Positions 45,235 through 55,483 of a DNA stretch of 64,000 bases are shown piece after piece; positions within the stretch are counted from its first letter, which is position 1, and each line of letters starts with the position of its first letter. The position numbers and the translations under genes are program-made. The stretch spans positions 1 through 64,000 of the forward strand of contig SDNP01000014.1 of assembly GCA_004524445.1 (NCBI GenBank). The letters run 5' to 3'. The DNA comes from Candidatus Thorarchaeota archaeon (GTDB lineage: Archaea; Asgardarchaeota; Thorarchaeia; Thorarchaeales; Thorarchaeaceae). The notes beneath the pieces are model-generated. The model had not been told where the DNA came from and did not search any database. It saw nothing but the letters and a program-made list of their open reading frames with translations.

Positions 45235-46272
45235 TTGCTGAATATCATACTGGCATTTGCTCTATCGTCACTTGTCGTCATTGGCGCAATGCCGACAATT
45301 ATTAAGATGCTTGAAGAGAAGAAAATGTGTGGAATAGACGTACACAAACCCGAAAAACCTGAAGTGCCCAAAGGAGCTGGGTTCATACTCCTCTTCGCAA
45401 TAGTAGGATCGCTCTTATTCTGGATAGGGATTACAACATTTCAAGCCCAGCAGGTTGTTAATCCGGGGCTTCTAGCGGCACTTGTATCGATTCTTATGGC
45501 AGGAATGATTGGGCTTCTTGATGATAACTTCGATTTCAGGAATAGAACGAAGGTTCTGCTTCCGCTAATAGCATCCATACCCATGATGGCCATGCAAGTA
45601 GGGGTTTCTAAAATGACTATTCCATTTATCGGCACTCTTGATCTTGGACTTGTCTATCCTCTCATCATTGTTCCCCTCATGATGACCTTCATCATCGATT
45701 CCACGAATATGTACGGTGGGATGAATGGGCTCGAAGTAGGATTGGCTGTTGTGAATTCGTCAGCCATTGTTGTGTTCATGTTGTTGTCGCCCAGCTTTAC
45801 AGGAGTGCCTTTGAACCAAGGACAGACTGATGCGGTCACCATTGCTGCCGCTCTTCTCGGTGGATCCATTGCATTCTATATTTATAATCGATATCCAGCG
45901 AAGGTGCTCCCAGGAGATGTCGGAAGACTGCCTCTTGGAGCAACAATGGCTGCAGCACTCATACTTGGAAACATGGATAGATTGGCAGTTTTCCTTTACA
46001 TCACATTCATGGTTAATTTCTTAATGTACCTCGGCTATCGAATATATGTTAAGAGGAAAAATAGCGAGTGGGCGAAATTTGCGGATGTGCAGGAGGATGG
46101 CTCTCTGGAAGTAGTGGGGCCGTTCACGATGTACTGGCTCTTTCCTTGGCTGCTGGGTGGTATAGACGAAAAGAAAAACGTCATCATTCTCATAACGCTA
46201 CAAGCAATCATAGCATATTCAGCAGTTGTCCTACTACTGGTCGGTATTCCGTTGGGCATAGGATGGATTTGA
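45235..46272 (+). CDS. aglH: UDP-GlcNAc:dolichyl-phosphate GlcNAc-1-phosphate transferase (AglH/Alg7/DPAGT1 type)
   Basis: GIDVHKP..PEVP..AG, GLLDD, NMYGGMNGLE, YNRYPAKVLPGDVG. Confidence 0.88.
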   Translation: MLNIILAFALSSLVVIGAMPTIIKMLEEKKMCGIDVHKPEKPEVPKGAGFILLFAIVGSLLFWIGITTFQAQQVVNPGLLAALVSILMAGMIGLLDDNFDFRNRTKVLLPLIASIPMMAMQVGVSKMTIPFIGTLDLGLVYPLIIVPLMMTFIIDSTNMYGGMNGLEVGLAVVNSSAIVVFMLLSPSFTGVPLNQGQTDAVTIAAALLGGSIAFYIYNRYPAKVLPGDVGRLPLGATMAAALILGNMDRLAVFLYITFMVNFLMYLGYRIYVKRKNSEWAKFADVQEDGSLEVVGPFTMYWLFPWLLGGIDEKKNVIILITLQAIIAYSAVVLLLVGIPLGIGWI

Positions 46273-46294
46273 CTCGGGACCTGGGTTTGGTATT

Positions 46295-47347
46295 TCAAAT
46301 GATTTTAGCTGGTAGATACGAGTCAACAACAAAGTCCATGCCATGACGACTAAAGGCCTGTTGTTCAGCCTTCTTTCGAATATCCTTGAATTTCAGTATA
46401 TGATTCTGCCAATATGCTGTCTGGTATCGAGGGTCAAGAGATAGCTCATCTAACCGTTTGAGATCGGAATCACTCATTTTCTCAGTAGGCAAATCATATT
46501 CTTCTATATCTCTCGCGGTAACTCCAATCCATTCAGCATCAGGAACAGCCAAGTCAGAAATGTGTGCTGCATTTGCGCTCCCCGCCATGATTACTCTAGC
46601 AATATGAAGACCCCACGGATCTCCATCAGTGAATATATAGACGGGCAGATTCAAATCACAATGAAGGCGTTTCAGGAGATTACGGGTTGATCGGGGAGCC
46701 TGCCCGCCAAGGTGTACAAGTACTGCTCCAAATTTTTCCCAACAGCGGGTTTCAATCAAGCGGGAGAATATTCCTCCTGATTCCACCGCTAGAACTAGGT
46801 CAGCCTCTGTTTCGACCAGTTCTGCAGTCATTAGAGCAGCTCCAATTGGAAGCCCATCAGGACTGGTGGTCAATTCTATCTCCTTGCCCTCGTAGCCTGG
46901 TACTGTATACTGCATTGTAACTTGCCCAAAAATCGATGAGTGCTCTTCGGGAAAAATGCCCAAATCCTCTCTGGAAAGACCGGTAAGACATTCCAAGTCA
47001 GATACTATTCGATCTGATTCTGATTGGTCCCTAAATTCGACCCCAAAGGCCTCGCTGGAGTAGTAGAGGTCTCTAAGAGAACTAGTTCTGCCTGTTTCAA
47101 GCAGCCGTTTTGTATAGGATGCAACCCAGAGTAGTTTCGAGAAACTACTTACATGTCGCAAATTCCCCGAGTCTCTAACAACCTTTGATTTTCCTAGTCT
47201 GAAGCGTTTTGAAACTGGATCATAGCTCATGTTGTCAGTACTTCGATCGCTAAGCTCCAATGTTGGGAATTGATGATTTCTAACAGAGGTGATTATATCT
47301 TCGCCGATATTCCTAAGAAGTGTGATTCTGGGGTCAGTTTCAGTCAA
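46295..47347 (-). CDS. top6A: DNA topoisomerase VI subunit A
   Basis: LRDLYY catalytic Tyr, TOPRIM VE and TDGDPWG, KKAEQQA; start refined to TTG 47347. Confidence 0.93.
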   Translation of the reverse strand: MTETDPRITLLRNIGEDIITSVRNHQFPTLELSDRSTDNMSYDPVSKRFRLGKSKVVRDSGNLRHVSSFSKLLWVASYTKRLLETGRTSSLRDLYYSSEAFGVEFRDQSESDRIVSDLECLTGLSREDLGIFPEEHSSIFGQVTMQYTVPGYEGKEIELTTSPDGLPIGAALMTAELVETEADLVLAVESGGIFSRLIETRCWEKFGAVLVHLGGQAPRSTRNLLKRLHCDLNLPVYIFTDGDPWGLHIARVIMAGSANAAHISDLAVPDAEWIGVTARDIEEYDLPTEKMSDSDLKRLDELSLDPRYQTAYWQNHILKFKDIRKKAEQQAFSRHGMDFVVDSYLPAKII

Positions 47348-47348
47348 T

Positions 47349-48866
47349 TTATTCCACCTCAAAGAGTGACTTGACCATGTGGGCAGAGTCTGGGAAATGG
47401 TCAATATCTGCAAGGGAGGCGGCGGACTCGATGATAGTTTCAAAATATGATTCGAATTTCCTCATTCTTCGTTCAGCGCGACCAGCATTTCTTTTGGTCC
47501 TAACCCTTTTCCTTAATGAACGCCCTAGATAGCGTAACAGAGTGAGAGCTTCTTCAGAAATATTGCAGGCCGATGCAATTGACTGCTTGCCTGCCGCTTT
47601 GTAAGGCACCCTAGTTGAGCAGAAATGGAGATAAACAGCAACTCTCATTCCTGAGTCCAGTCCATAACGCGTCCAGTTTAGTTGGCGTATTACTTTAGAG
47701 AAGACATCCTCAGTTGGGTCGTAGAGAAGAGGCACCCTATTTGCGAATCTATAGAGACTTGGGACTTTTCCTGTTGGAAACATTTCACCTGTTGCAAGAA
47801 CAGCTTCTATTATGAATGGAAATCCATCACAATCTGAAGGATCCGTACATGCATAATCAATGATTTCACTATTGGTAGAAGCCTGTACTGATTTTACGAA
47901 GGATTCCTTGCCAATTGGACTTAGGCAACTGCTGTCAGGTCGCCCAAAACCATCAAATTTGCGCAACCCATCACTCAGGAGGGCTACTTCTTTCCTGCTC
48001 AAATTGGAAACATTGGTTCTACTGCTGAAATTCAGGAAGTTAAGGATTTTTGAGGCTCTCTTTCTGCCTAGCTGCTGAAAGGAGTTCACAAGCAGTTCCT
48101 CCAATGATTTGGTGGGGCTGGATTTGATAATCCGTCGCAAGAGCTCGACATCTGCTGATCGCGGATGTGGCTTGTTATCCTGTGGAAGAGGAGGGAGCAG
48201 TTCGTCATAGGGACCGAATGAATCTTTGAAATCATCTGTGATGTTGACCAGAATTTGAGCATGGGGAGTACCTACAGCACTAAGTCTAAGATATTCAATA
48301 ATCCGCTCCCTTGAGCGTAGGCTATCTCCACGCATATGGATTGTGACTGTTGTACCAGGGGTTTCCCGTGGTTTGGCCTGAACGGAATCTACAATTGGTT
48401 CGTTCTTTTGGACATCTATAAGGACTCTATATTCTCTCCCCTCATTATTAGTTGGCCGAGTGTGGATAAGTGCAGCACTATCAGTTGTAATTTGGCCGTA
48501 AAGTACTGCCATTGTCACGCCAAGACCAAAAGTGCCTCTTCTCTGTCGCGAACTATACTTACTCCCGTACAAGATTCTGCCAAAAGCATCAGGAACCTGT
48601 TCATGAGGAACACCTGTTCCGTTGTCTGAAACAGTGATTACCACCTCATCCGATACAGGATTTGAAACACTAACCTGTACATCAGGAAATTGCCTTGCAG
48701 TATCACAGGCATCTAAGCTGTTTTCTACTAGCTCTCGAACTACCGTATAGACAGCCTGGGTTGGATTACTGAACCCAGCCATCTGCTTATTCCGGTAAAA
48801 GAACTCTGCAGGCGAGATGCTACTGAATGTTTCCTCAAGAACAGACTCTGCTGTCATATTATCCAC
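47349..48866 (-). CDS. top6B: DNA topoisomerase VI subunit B
   Basis: ISPAEFF, RELVENSLDA, DNGTG, GTFGLG, RFANRVPLLY. Confidence 0.94.
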   Translation of the reverse strand: MDNMTAESVLEETFSSISPAEFFYRNKQMAGFSNPTQAVYTVVRELVENSLDACDTARQFPDVQVSVSNPVSDEVVITVSDNGTGVPHEQVPDAFGRILYGSKYSSRQRRGTFGLGVTMAVLYGQITTDSAALIHTRPTNNEGREYRVLIDVQKNEPIVDSVQAKPRETPGTTVTIHMRGDSLRSRERIIEYLRLSAVGTPHAQILVNITDDFKDSFGPYDELLPPLPQDNKPHPRSADVELLRRIIKSSPTKSLEELLVNSFQQLGRKRASKILNFLNFSSRTNVSNLSRKEVALLSDGLRKFDGFGRPDSSCLSPIGKESFVKSVQASTNSEIIDYACTDPSDCDGFPFIIEAVLATGEMFPTGKVPSLYRFANRVPLLYDPTEDVFSKVIRQLNWTRYGLDSGMRVAVYLHFCSTRVPYKAAGKQSIASACNISEEALTLLRYLGRSLRKRVRTKRNAGRAERRMRKFESYFETIIESAASLADIDHFPDSAHMVKSLFEVE

Positions 48867-48911
48867 TGAAGATTGTGGATTAAGCTATTTTCAGACCAAG
48901 TATTACATATC

Positions 48912-49484
48912 TTAGAGCGGTTGTTCCCATAATTCGGCTTCGTATCGATTGATTGCTCTTCTTGCCCGCTCAAGGTACTTGTAGACAGAGGAGTGAGGAG
49001 CGCCATCAATCAACATAGTGACCGCACGTCGAGCGTAATCTAGACCGGGATTTGGGCCGATAAGAGATACTGTCTTTCCATAGACGGAAACAAGAACATC
49101 GGTGGTCTGTTCAATGAATTTGCGTGTCCGTCCGTTTTCTCCAATAATACGACCTGCTACTCTCTTTATTTGGCTTGGCGAAGTCCCCACCAAATCGCGT
49201 AGTGATATGATAATCAGTCTGTAGTCCTCTTCTATCAACGACAAAGCTTTCTTGGGGCTGAATCCTCGAGCCATAGCTCGTATAATGTCGCGTGCTTTCC
49301 AAGCCAAGATTGGACTCGCATTCTCTTCATCAGGCGGAGTTGTAATCGTCACAGCCCCTTCTTGAGAAGAAACATCTATCTTTGTATTAGTCAGCTTTTC
49401 AACTCTCTTCCTCACGCGACCATTCTTGCCAACTATGACACCTATTCGTTCGCTAGGTACTCGAATTGTTTCGTGGAAATACAT
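48912..49484 (-). CDS. KH-domain pre-rRNA processing protein Dim2/Pno1
   Basis: RIGVIVGKNG, RGFSP, GRIIGENGRTR, GAPHSSVY. Confidence 0.92.
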   Translation of the reverse strand: MYFHETIRVPSERIGVIVGKNGRVRKRVEKLTNTKIDVSSQEGAVTITTPPDEENASPILAWKARDIIRAMARGFSPKKALSLIEEDYRLIIISLRDLVGTSPSQIKRVAGRIIGENGRTRKFIEQTTDVLVSVYGKTVSLIGPNPGLDYARRAVTMLIDGAPHSSVYKYLERARRAINRYEAELWEQPL

Positions 49485-49485
49485 T

Positions 49486-50271
49486 TTATTCCTCATCCGA
49501 TGATAATATGTAGTCAGTAATGTCTTGGGTATCTGCGGTTTCTACTTCTAGCTTGTTGAAGTAAGATGTGATGTTTTGAATATCTCTATAGAGGTATTTC
49601 TCTGCGTAGTCATGGGCTTTGAGAACAGCTTGAGAAACGTCTATGAAATAGGGCTTCTCTAGCCAGAGTATATTGAATTCGCTAAGATCAGCGTGGACCA
49701 ATTGTGCTTCCGTGTAACCAATTTCTATCATACCAATTATCTCATTAAAGGCTTCTACTGGTGACTCCAGCTCGACATCCTTAAGCAGCGGTGCCGGTAA
49801 TTTTGATTCATCATCACCTATGAACTCCATGACTAATACATTCTTGTCTACTGCAATGGGTTCCGGTACACTCACGCCCGCCTCATGATATCTCTTTAGA
49901 TTCTTGAACTCTTTTGCAGCCCATTGTGGAATTAGTGTTCGGCTTCGTCTGCTCACTCTAGAAAATCGAGGGTCGCTTATCATGTACTCTCGCATATAGT
50001 GAGTTTCAGCAGTTGAAACGCGATATATCTTGACGGCAAGTGGTTTGCCATCGGGATCCGCTCCCCTGTAGACACCAGCCTCCTTACCTGTGCTTATCGC
50101 CCCATAAACTGCATCCAACACGCCTTTGTTCAACAGGCGATACAATACCTTTAGGGTTGGCGGGTCTATTACACCCTCAACAACCTTGAACTCGTCCGAG
50201 TCCTTCCTTTTGGACTTCTGGCGATCCAACTCATCTTGAATGGATTGCCACTCTTGTTCAGCATCTTTCAA
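49486..50271 (-). CDS. rio1: RIO1-family Ser/Thr kinase
   Basis: ISTGKEAGVY, AVKIY, LVHADLSEFNIL, IDVSQAV. Confidence 0.94.
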   Translation of the reverse strand: MKDAEQEWQSIQDELDRQKSKRKDSDEFKVVEGVIDPPTLKVLYRLLNKGVLDAVYGAISTGKEAGVYRGADPDGKPLAVKIYRVSTAETHYMREYMISDPRFSRVSRRSRTLIPQWAAKEFKNLKRYHEAGVSVPEPIAVDKNVLVMEFIGDDESKLPAPLLKDVELESPVEAFNEIIGMIEIGYTEAQLVHADLSEFNILWLEKPYFIDVSQAVLKAHDYAEKYLYRDIQNITSYFNKLEVETADTQDITDYILSSDEE

Positions 50272-50352
50272 TTCCTGATTTCACCTGAGACACTAATTAC
50301 AAGCTCTCTATCAGCCTTGGATGTTCAGAGAGAAAAAGTTTGGGCATGGAAC

Positions 50353-50670
50353 TCAGAACATCTTCAGGATGCCCTTTCTCTTAAGCCAATCCACTTCATT
50401 TCCACGATATCGCCAGACAACATCGCATTTCTCATCGCTCTGGAAAGCCCACGGTACTACTAGTACTGTATCCCCCATTCGCATCCATATCCTCTTCTTC
50501 ATTCTACCGGGGATACGGCCGATTCTCATTTCGCCATCTTCGCATCTTACTCTGACACGATCATGGCCAAGCATCTGCACAATGATACCAAACATTTCGC
50601 CTTCATCTCGATGTGGAGTCCTTACTCTAAAGGTTGCTTCATCAGATGAGTCGTTATTTCTTGGTGACAA
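50353..50670 (-). CDS. eif1a: Translation initiation factor 1A
   Basis: MLG..R.RVRCEDG..R.GRIPGRMKKRIW, PW.FQ. Confidence 0.95.
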   Translation of the reverse strand: MSPRNNDSSDEATFRVRTPHRDEGEMFGIIVQMLGHDRVRVRCEDGEMRIGRIPGRMKKRIWMRMGDTVLVVPWAFQSDEKCDVVWRYRGNEVDWLKRKGILKMF

Positions 50671-50801
50671 AATAATCCTCCAATATGCCGCAGGCTTAGA
50701 ATCCGCGGTGTGTAAATTTGATGGTGAAAAGTGGGCATTTAAGAGTACCGAAACATCATTGGCAAGTTCACTAATTGAGGGTCAAAATTCATGAAGCAGC
50801 A

Positions 50802-51911
50802 TTATGAGTCATTTGTTTCTTCTGTGGAGGACGGCAAAATATGGATGTCACCCTCATATTCGATTCCTTTGACTATGGCGCCTGGTTGAATATCCTCTGA
50901 CTTGAGGACAGCCGATTCAACTTCCACAACTTGGAAGGATTCTTGGTCCATAAGCTGAATTGGTTGATCATAGGCATTAGCAACCACCATGAACTCTTTT
51001 GCAGCTGAATTGGGTGCAATGAATTGTATTGACTGCCAGCGAGAGCTTTTTGGATTAATAGTGAAGTGTTCGCGAGTGACCAAGTCATAGCATGCCAGTC
51101 CGCCTCGACCCATATCTAGAACTTGACATAAGTTTCCCGACACTTGGATGAAGTCGTCTCTTGAGAAGCGAGGAAGGCGTAGCAAGATTGTAATCCTGAA
51201 TTTCTCTTTGCCATCTTTTTCTTGACCAATCAGTTTGTAATTCTCTTTGCGTTCAGCTAAGTATCGTGCCTCGACCTCATCTGCAATACGGCGGGCTAGG
51301 TGTTCTGAACCAATATAGAAGTCCAATCCAAATTTCGTATCATCTACTTCTATTATGAAAGCTCTTTCATCCCTGCCATATTCAGAGACCGTAAGGTCAG
51401 TTGCGAGGTCAGCAATGCTCTCTTCTTCGCTTTCAGAAACGGGTCGTTCATCTGCTCTAATCTGGATGATGGCTTCATGATAGCCACCGCTCATCATTCC
51501 ACAGGTGTCACAAGTTCCATAGTCAAACCGAATTTCAACTGGGTATTCCTCAGTGTGAGGGGCGAGGTCATCATGGGATTTGCCTCGGGCTACGAGATTT
51601 ATGTGGAGAACTCTATCTAGTTTATTCGTTTCAACAATAGTAACTTCGAGGTCGTTTCCAAGTGCCTCTATTTCTCTATCAAGAACAATCGACACATGTT
51701 CTTCTCTTGTTGTCACCTTATCCTCCGGTGATGATTTTATGGTCTGCCAGCCCCCAGGTACTTTGACTGCCCCACATCTCTTACATACAACTAGTCTGAC
51801 AAGTGGGTCTACTTTCATGAGTGGATGTTCTTCGTTGTAGCAGTCAGCGCATAGACCGTCAACTACTGAAGGGGCTCCACATAGATAACATGGCGCTGGC
51901 AAAGTATTCAC
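50802..51911 (-). CDS. nmd3: NMD3-family 60S biogenesis protein
   Basis: Four CxxC pairs, GGYHEAIIQIR, C-terminal SH3/OB-like region. Confidence 0.88.
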   Translation of the reverse strand: MNTLPAPCYLCGAPSVVDGLCADCYNEEHPLMKVDPLVRLVVCKRCGAVKVPGGWQTIKSSPEDKVTTREEHVSIVLDREIEALGNDLEVTIVETNKLDRVLHINLVARGKSHDDLAPHTEEYPVEIRFDYGTCDTCGMMSGGYHEAIIQIRADERPVSESEEESIADLATDLTVSEYGRDERAFIIEVDDTKFGLDFYIGSEHLARRIADEVEARYLAERKENYKLIGQEKDGKEKFRITILLRLPRFSRDDFIQVSGNLCQVLDMGRGGLACYDLVTREHFTINPKSSRWQSIQFIAPNSAAKEFMVVANAYDQPIQLMDQESFQVVEVESAVLKSEDIQPGAIVKGIEYEGDIHILPSSTEETNDS

Positions 51912-52033
51912 ACATCCGGGTCTTTCACGAGGACTTATGAGAGTGATTCAATAAGCACTTTGAAAACTTCTTGTAAAAGTGATAAGGACATTGATAACGG
52001 ATATTATTTATGATTTAGTAGCTAGTAAGGCCC

Positions 52034-52495
52034 ATGCCTCGAAGAAAGACAAGAAGACGAGTTTCCAAGGAACCGATTATTTCAGTGTACAAACCAGCTG
52101 GAATACCTGCCAATGAGTTAGAAGAGATACTTCTATCCGTAGATGAATTTGAGGCGATTCGCCTTGCGGACTTGGAGGGGATTAATCAGCGAAAAGCGTC
52201 ACAAAGAATGCATGTGAGCCAGCCTACTTTTAATAGAATCTTGTCTTCAGCACGCACAAAAGTAGCACGGGGACTAGTAGAAGGAAATGTGCTTCGAATT
52301 GAGGGAGGAAATTACATCTTGGCAGATGGTACAGGGTTCCTGAAATGCTTGGATTGTGGTGCTGCTATTTCCACTAATTTGGAACAGGTAAGAAATTGTC
52401 CTGAGTGTGAATCTTCCAAACTAAGATGGCGTCGAATGAAACCCAAAGAGGACAATAAGGGGAAGGACCCGATTACAAAAGAAACTGTGTTATAA
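52034..52495 (+). CDS. DUF134 HTH protein with Zn ribbon
   Basis: DEFEAIRLAD.EG.NQ..AS..M.VSQPTF.RIL; CLDC..CPEC. Confidence 0.88.
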   Translation: MPRRKTRRRVSKEPIISVYKPAGIPANELEEILLSVDEFEAIRLADLEGINQRKASQRMHVSQPTFNRILSSARTKVARGLVEGNVLRIEGGNYILADGTGFLKCLDCGAAISTNLEQVRNCPECESSKLRWRRMKPKEDNKGKDPITKETVL

Positions 52496-52789
52496 TTTGA
52501 CCCATTGAGCGTGAGGGTGACCTTCAATGTATATGACTGCGTTCTTATGAACATAACCAGCTTCAATTGCAGCCTCAACGCTATCCGTACCTACCATGTT
52601 GGCAATAGTCGCATTTTTCAGATGTCGTAGGCAGGTATCAACATCAACGAGGTCACCGCCATAAAATTCCTCGTTCACGTTGAATTTTATCTTGCCTTCG
52701 GAGAGGGTTCTACCCAATAGTTTCTCATCACAGACAGAGACCACAACATGATCAAGACGTTCTCGAACTCTGATATATACAGACGGCAT
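52490..52789 (-). CDS. DUF424 family protein
   Basis: VCDEKLLG, FYGG, ATIANMVG, IEGHPHAQ; next to aIF2beta. Confidence 0.88.
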   Translation of the reverse strand: MPSVYIRVRERLDHVVVSVCDEKLLGRTLSEGKIKFNVNEEFYGGDLVDVDTCLRHLKNATIANMVGTDSVEAAIEAGYVHKNAVIYIEGHPHAQWVKL

Positions 52790-52804
52790 TCGTCCCTTCA
52801 CCTC

Positions 52805-53221
52805 TTAAACGGGTCTGATTGATGTCGATGCTCCACATGCAGTACACTTGAGATAATATGCGTTACCTTGCTTCTCCATATGGGTATCAGGACGGCCACA
52901 AACTGGACAAGTAACATATGCTGCAATATAACCGTTCAAAACATCTTCAATCAGCTCAGCGTTGAATTTGCCCTGGAAAACTGCTCCTCCACCTTCGATA
53001 TTGCCCGCGGTAGCCAGTTGACCTGACACATATTTCAGGACCTCTTTCCCAGGTCTATTGAGTACAGTTAGAACCTCCTGAAAGTTTTGCCAAATTGTCC
53101 GATTCCCTTGAATAATTGCTTGAACATCTGGCACTTGAAACCGCTCACCAGACTTCTCGAAAGCGTCCTGCGGCACGTTTGACCGGGCTCGATCTAATAG
53201 GTTCTCGTAGTCTTCGTCCAT
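52805..53221 (-). CDS. eif2b: Translation initiation factor 2 subunit beta
   Basis: YENLLDRA, GNRTI..NF, CPVCGRPDT, CTACGA. Confidence 0.94.
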   Translation of the reverse strand: MDEDYENLLDRARSNVPQDAFEKSGERFQVPDVQAIIQGNRTIWQNFQEVLTVLNRPGKEVLKYVSGQLATAGNIEGGGAVFQGKFNAELIEDVLNGYIAAYVTCPVCGRPDTHMEKQGNAYYLKCTACGASTSIRPV

Positions 53222-53272
53222 ATCAACTTTGACTCCTTGTTGCTACTTGAAGCTTCTGATTAAGTACTCAAC

Positions 53273-53962
53273 CTATCTATCGGTTGGTCGATAAACCCCG
53301 ACACTTTGCTCTGCTATTGTCCCGTTTGCGCCCAGCTCGATAATCTCGCGATTGACCGCAGTCTTACTCACACCTTGTTCTTGGAAATGGTCGGCTATTT
53401 TCTGTATCGGAACTCCCTCAGGCGAATCATTCTCCCGGATAAACTCAAGGATTTCTCCCTTGAGCCCTCTGAGAGTGATAGTCTGTTGAGCAGGCTGCGA
53501 AGGTTCCTGTTTACGAGGCCCCTGTTCAATCTCCTCCATATCAATTGACTTCTTGCTTGAGTCATCACCCATAAGGAGAATGGACCTGTAACGTTCTAAA
53601 TGATGTAAAGTCATCAGATTAGGGTCATCGATTTCTTTGATAATCTCTGGAACTATGTAAATTTCATCATTATAGTTTCTAACCTTCCCTATAACCATTG
53701 CATAGATATCCTGACTCACTTTTTCAAGAGCTTCTGCTTCAGCGCCCCAGGCTTTTGCGCGAATGGTTTCAGTCCCGTCATCGATAGTAATGCTGGCGAA
53801 ATTGTCTTTTCCCGATATTTTATCCACAATTTGACCCTGAATCTTCACCCTTCGCAACTCAACACCCTGTGGTGATAGGACTTTCGGACCATCTTCATCG
53901 CCATATTGTCCATTTACAATATCCGAAATCCATGCGCGGATGGCCGTTAATCTTTCTCTCAT
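53273..53962 (-). CDS. RPA32/RPA2-like OB-fold protein with C-terminal winged helix
   Basis: RVKIQGQIV, IDDGTETIRAKAW, VIGKVR.Y; C-terminal wH. Confidence 0.85.
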   Translation of the reverse strand: MRERLTAIRAWISDIVNGQYGDEDGPKVLSPQGVELRRVKIQGQIVDKISGKDNFASITIDDGTETIRAKAWGAEAEALEKVSQDIYAMVIGKVRNYNDEIYIVPEIIKEIDDPNLMTLHHLERYRSILLMGDDSSKKSIDMEEIEQGPRKQEPSQPAQQTITLRGLKGEILEFIRENDSPEGVPIQKIADHFQEQGVSKTAVNREIIELGANGTIAEQSVGVYRPTDR

Positions 53963-54067
53963 CTCACAAAATCACCTTGCTTCATTAATCTTTCAAGTTG
54001 CCCATATTTAGAGTTCTCGGAACCGCTTTTGATTATATCTCTTCATCATCTTGATTTGGAGTGTATG

Positions 54068-55102
54068 CTACAAAAAGTCAGCTAGTGAGCTCTGTTGACC
54101 GCTTTCTTCTATTTCACGTAGCGCTTTCTCTAAACGACCAAGTGTACTATTCACTCGGTTCCTGCTAAAATCGTGTACATCACACAATAATCCCCTCACC
54201 GCATCTGGATCTGGGTCAGTCCATTCCAATTTTTCAATATGTGATTCAGGAGGATGAAGAAAGATTTCTCTAATTCTCTCATATGGAAAATCTACCTCCA
54301 AGTCCTTGGTTTCCACTGCGGTCTCTAAATCACCGTATTCTTGGATTAGTTTTAGAGCAGTCTTTGCACCGACACCAGGAATATTGTCGTTATAGTCTGT
54401 TCCAACCATGATGGCAATGTCGATTAGTTGTGGCCTAGTAACTTCAAGCAGTTTTAAATTCATATCAAGGTCGATTATCTCGGGGTGTACAGTTTTGTAC
54501 CGTTTAGATCTTGCCACTCGTCTTCTTCCAGTAATGGATAGATTTCGAACCATGAGAGGACAATCGTACAACAGGGAGTCATAGTCTTGACTTGCACTCG
54601 CCCAAACCATGTTGTTTCTTGCAATCTGCGCGGCCAGTGCCTCTCCTTCTGATGGTGCCTGAATGACGGGAATGCCAAGGGCTCGAAGAAGTGATTTGCT
54701 CCCTTCAATCATATTGGTAGTGAGGCGAGAACTTGCTTGCGCAGCCTTTCTGGCATCTTCGATACGACCCTCTGCCTTGGCTTTTTTCCATTCTTTCTCG
54801 GCATCCGTCCGTATCTCGCGTCTACGTTCCACCTCTTCAGATTTCAACGAGGGGGCTTCGCCATCGTACACGTATGCTGGCAGAATACCATGTTCCAGAA
54901 GTCGCACATTGCGATAAAACAGTCCACTGAGATGACTGGTAATTCGCCCTTGTCGATCTTTCAAAGGAGTTCCATCTGGCTGACGGATAATGGAAAGGAA
55001 TTGATACAAGGTGTTGAATGCATCGATTGCAATCCTTCGCCCAGAAAGAGCTTCGAGTGAGCTCTCGTCAGCTCGAATGATATCTCCGATGTTCGTTCCC
55101 AT
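54068..55102 (-). CDS. fen1: Flap endonuclease 1
   Basis: IDAFNTLYQFL, TSHLSGLFYR, EGEA, SQDYDSLL, GTDYN, PIP box QSSLADFL. Confidence 0.97.
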   Translation of the reverse strand: MGTNIGDIIRADESSLEALSGRRIAIDAFNTLYQFLSIIRQPDGTPLKDRQGRITSHLSGLFYRNVRLLEHGILPAYVYDGEAPSLKSEEVERRREIRTDAEKEWKKAKAEGRIEDARKAAQASSRLTTNMIEGSKSLLRALGIPVIQAPSEGEALAAQIARNNMVWASASQDYDSLLYDCPLMVRNLSITGRRRVARSKRYKTVHPEIIDLDMNLKLLEVTRPQLIDIAIMVGTDYNDNIPGVGAKTALKLIQEYGDLETAVETKDLEVDFPYERIREIFLHPPESHIEKLEWTDPDPDAVRGLLCDVHDFSRNRVNSTLGRLEKALREIEESGQQSSLADFL

Positions 55103-55239
55103 GGTATGCATCCTCTGAAGTTATGCTATCTGAAGTTGGCATGGCAATATATCAGTTGAGTTTTTAGAAGGAATGTTTTGATGGTTTGGAGAGGGCATCA
55201 ACAACGAGCTCTTCGGTAGGTTTATAATCTGTTCAAAAA

Positions 55240-55461
55240 TTGGCCCCACGAACTCGGACTAAGTCAGTTCAACTTGGTGATAGCTTGTCAAAAATTAAGG
55301 TCATTCGATGCACTTCATGTCACGGTTCCGTTTCGCCTAAAGAGGATAGTGTGAAGTTTCAGTGTCCATCCTGTGGTGAGTTCACCATATGGCGCTGTGA
55401 GGACTGTAGAAGATTTTCAAATCGATACACCTGCCCAAATTGCGGGTTTGAGGGGCCGTAG
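55240..55461 (+). CDS. Small Zn-ribbon protein (DUF1610/HVO_2753-like)
   Basis: CTSC, F.CPSCGE..I.RC..CR, YTCPNCGFEGP; precedes EF-1beta; true start may be TTG 55285. Confidence 0.88.
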   Translation: MAPRTRTKSVQLGDSLSKIKVIRCTSCHGSVSPKEDSVKFQCPSCGEFTIWRCEDCRRFSNRYTCPNCGFEGP

Positions 55462-55483
55462 TCTATTGAGAGATGGATAAGAA

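Noticed and set aside
46295-48866. Spo11-like meiotic pair
   Set aside because: Standard top6B-top6A in the conserved aIF1A-rio1-dim2-topo VI cluster with intact motifs.
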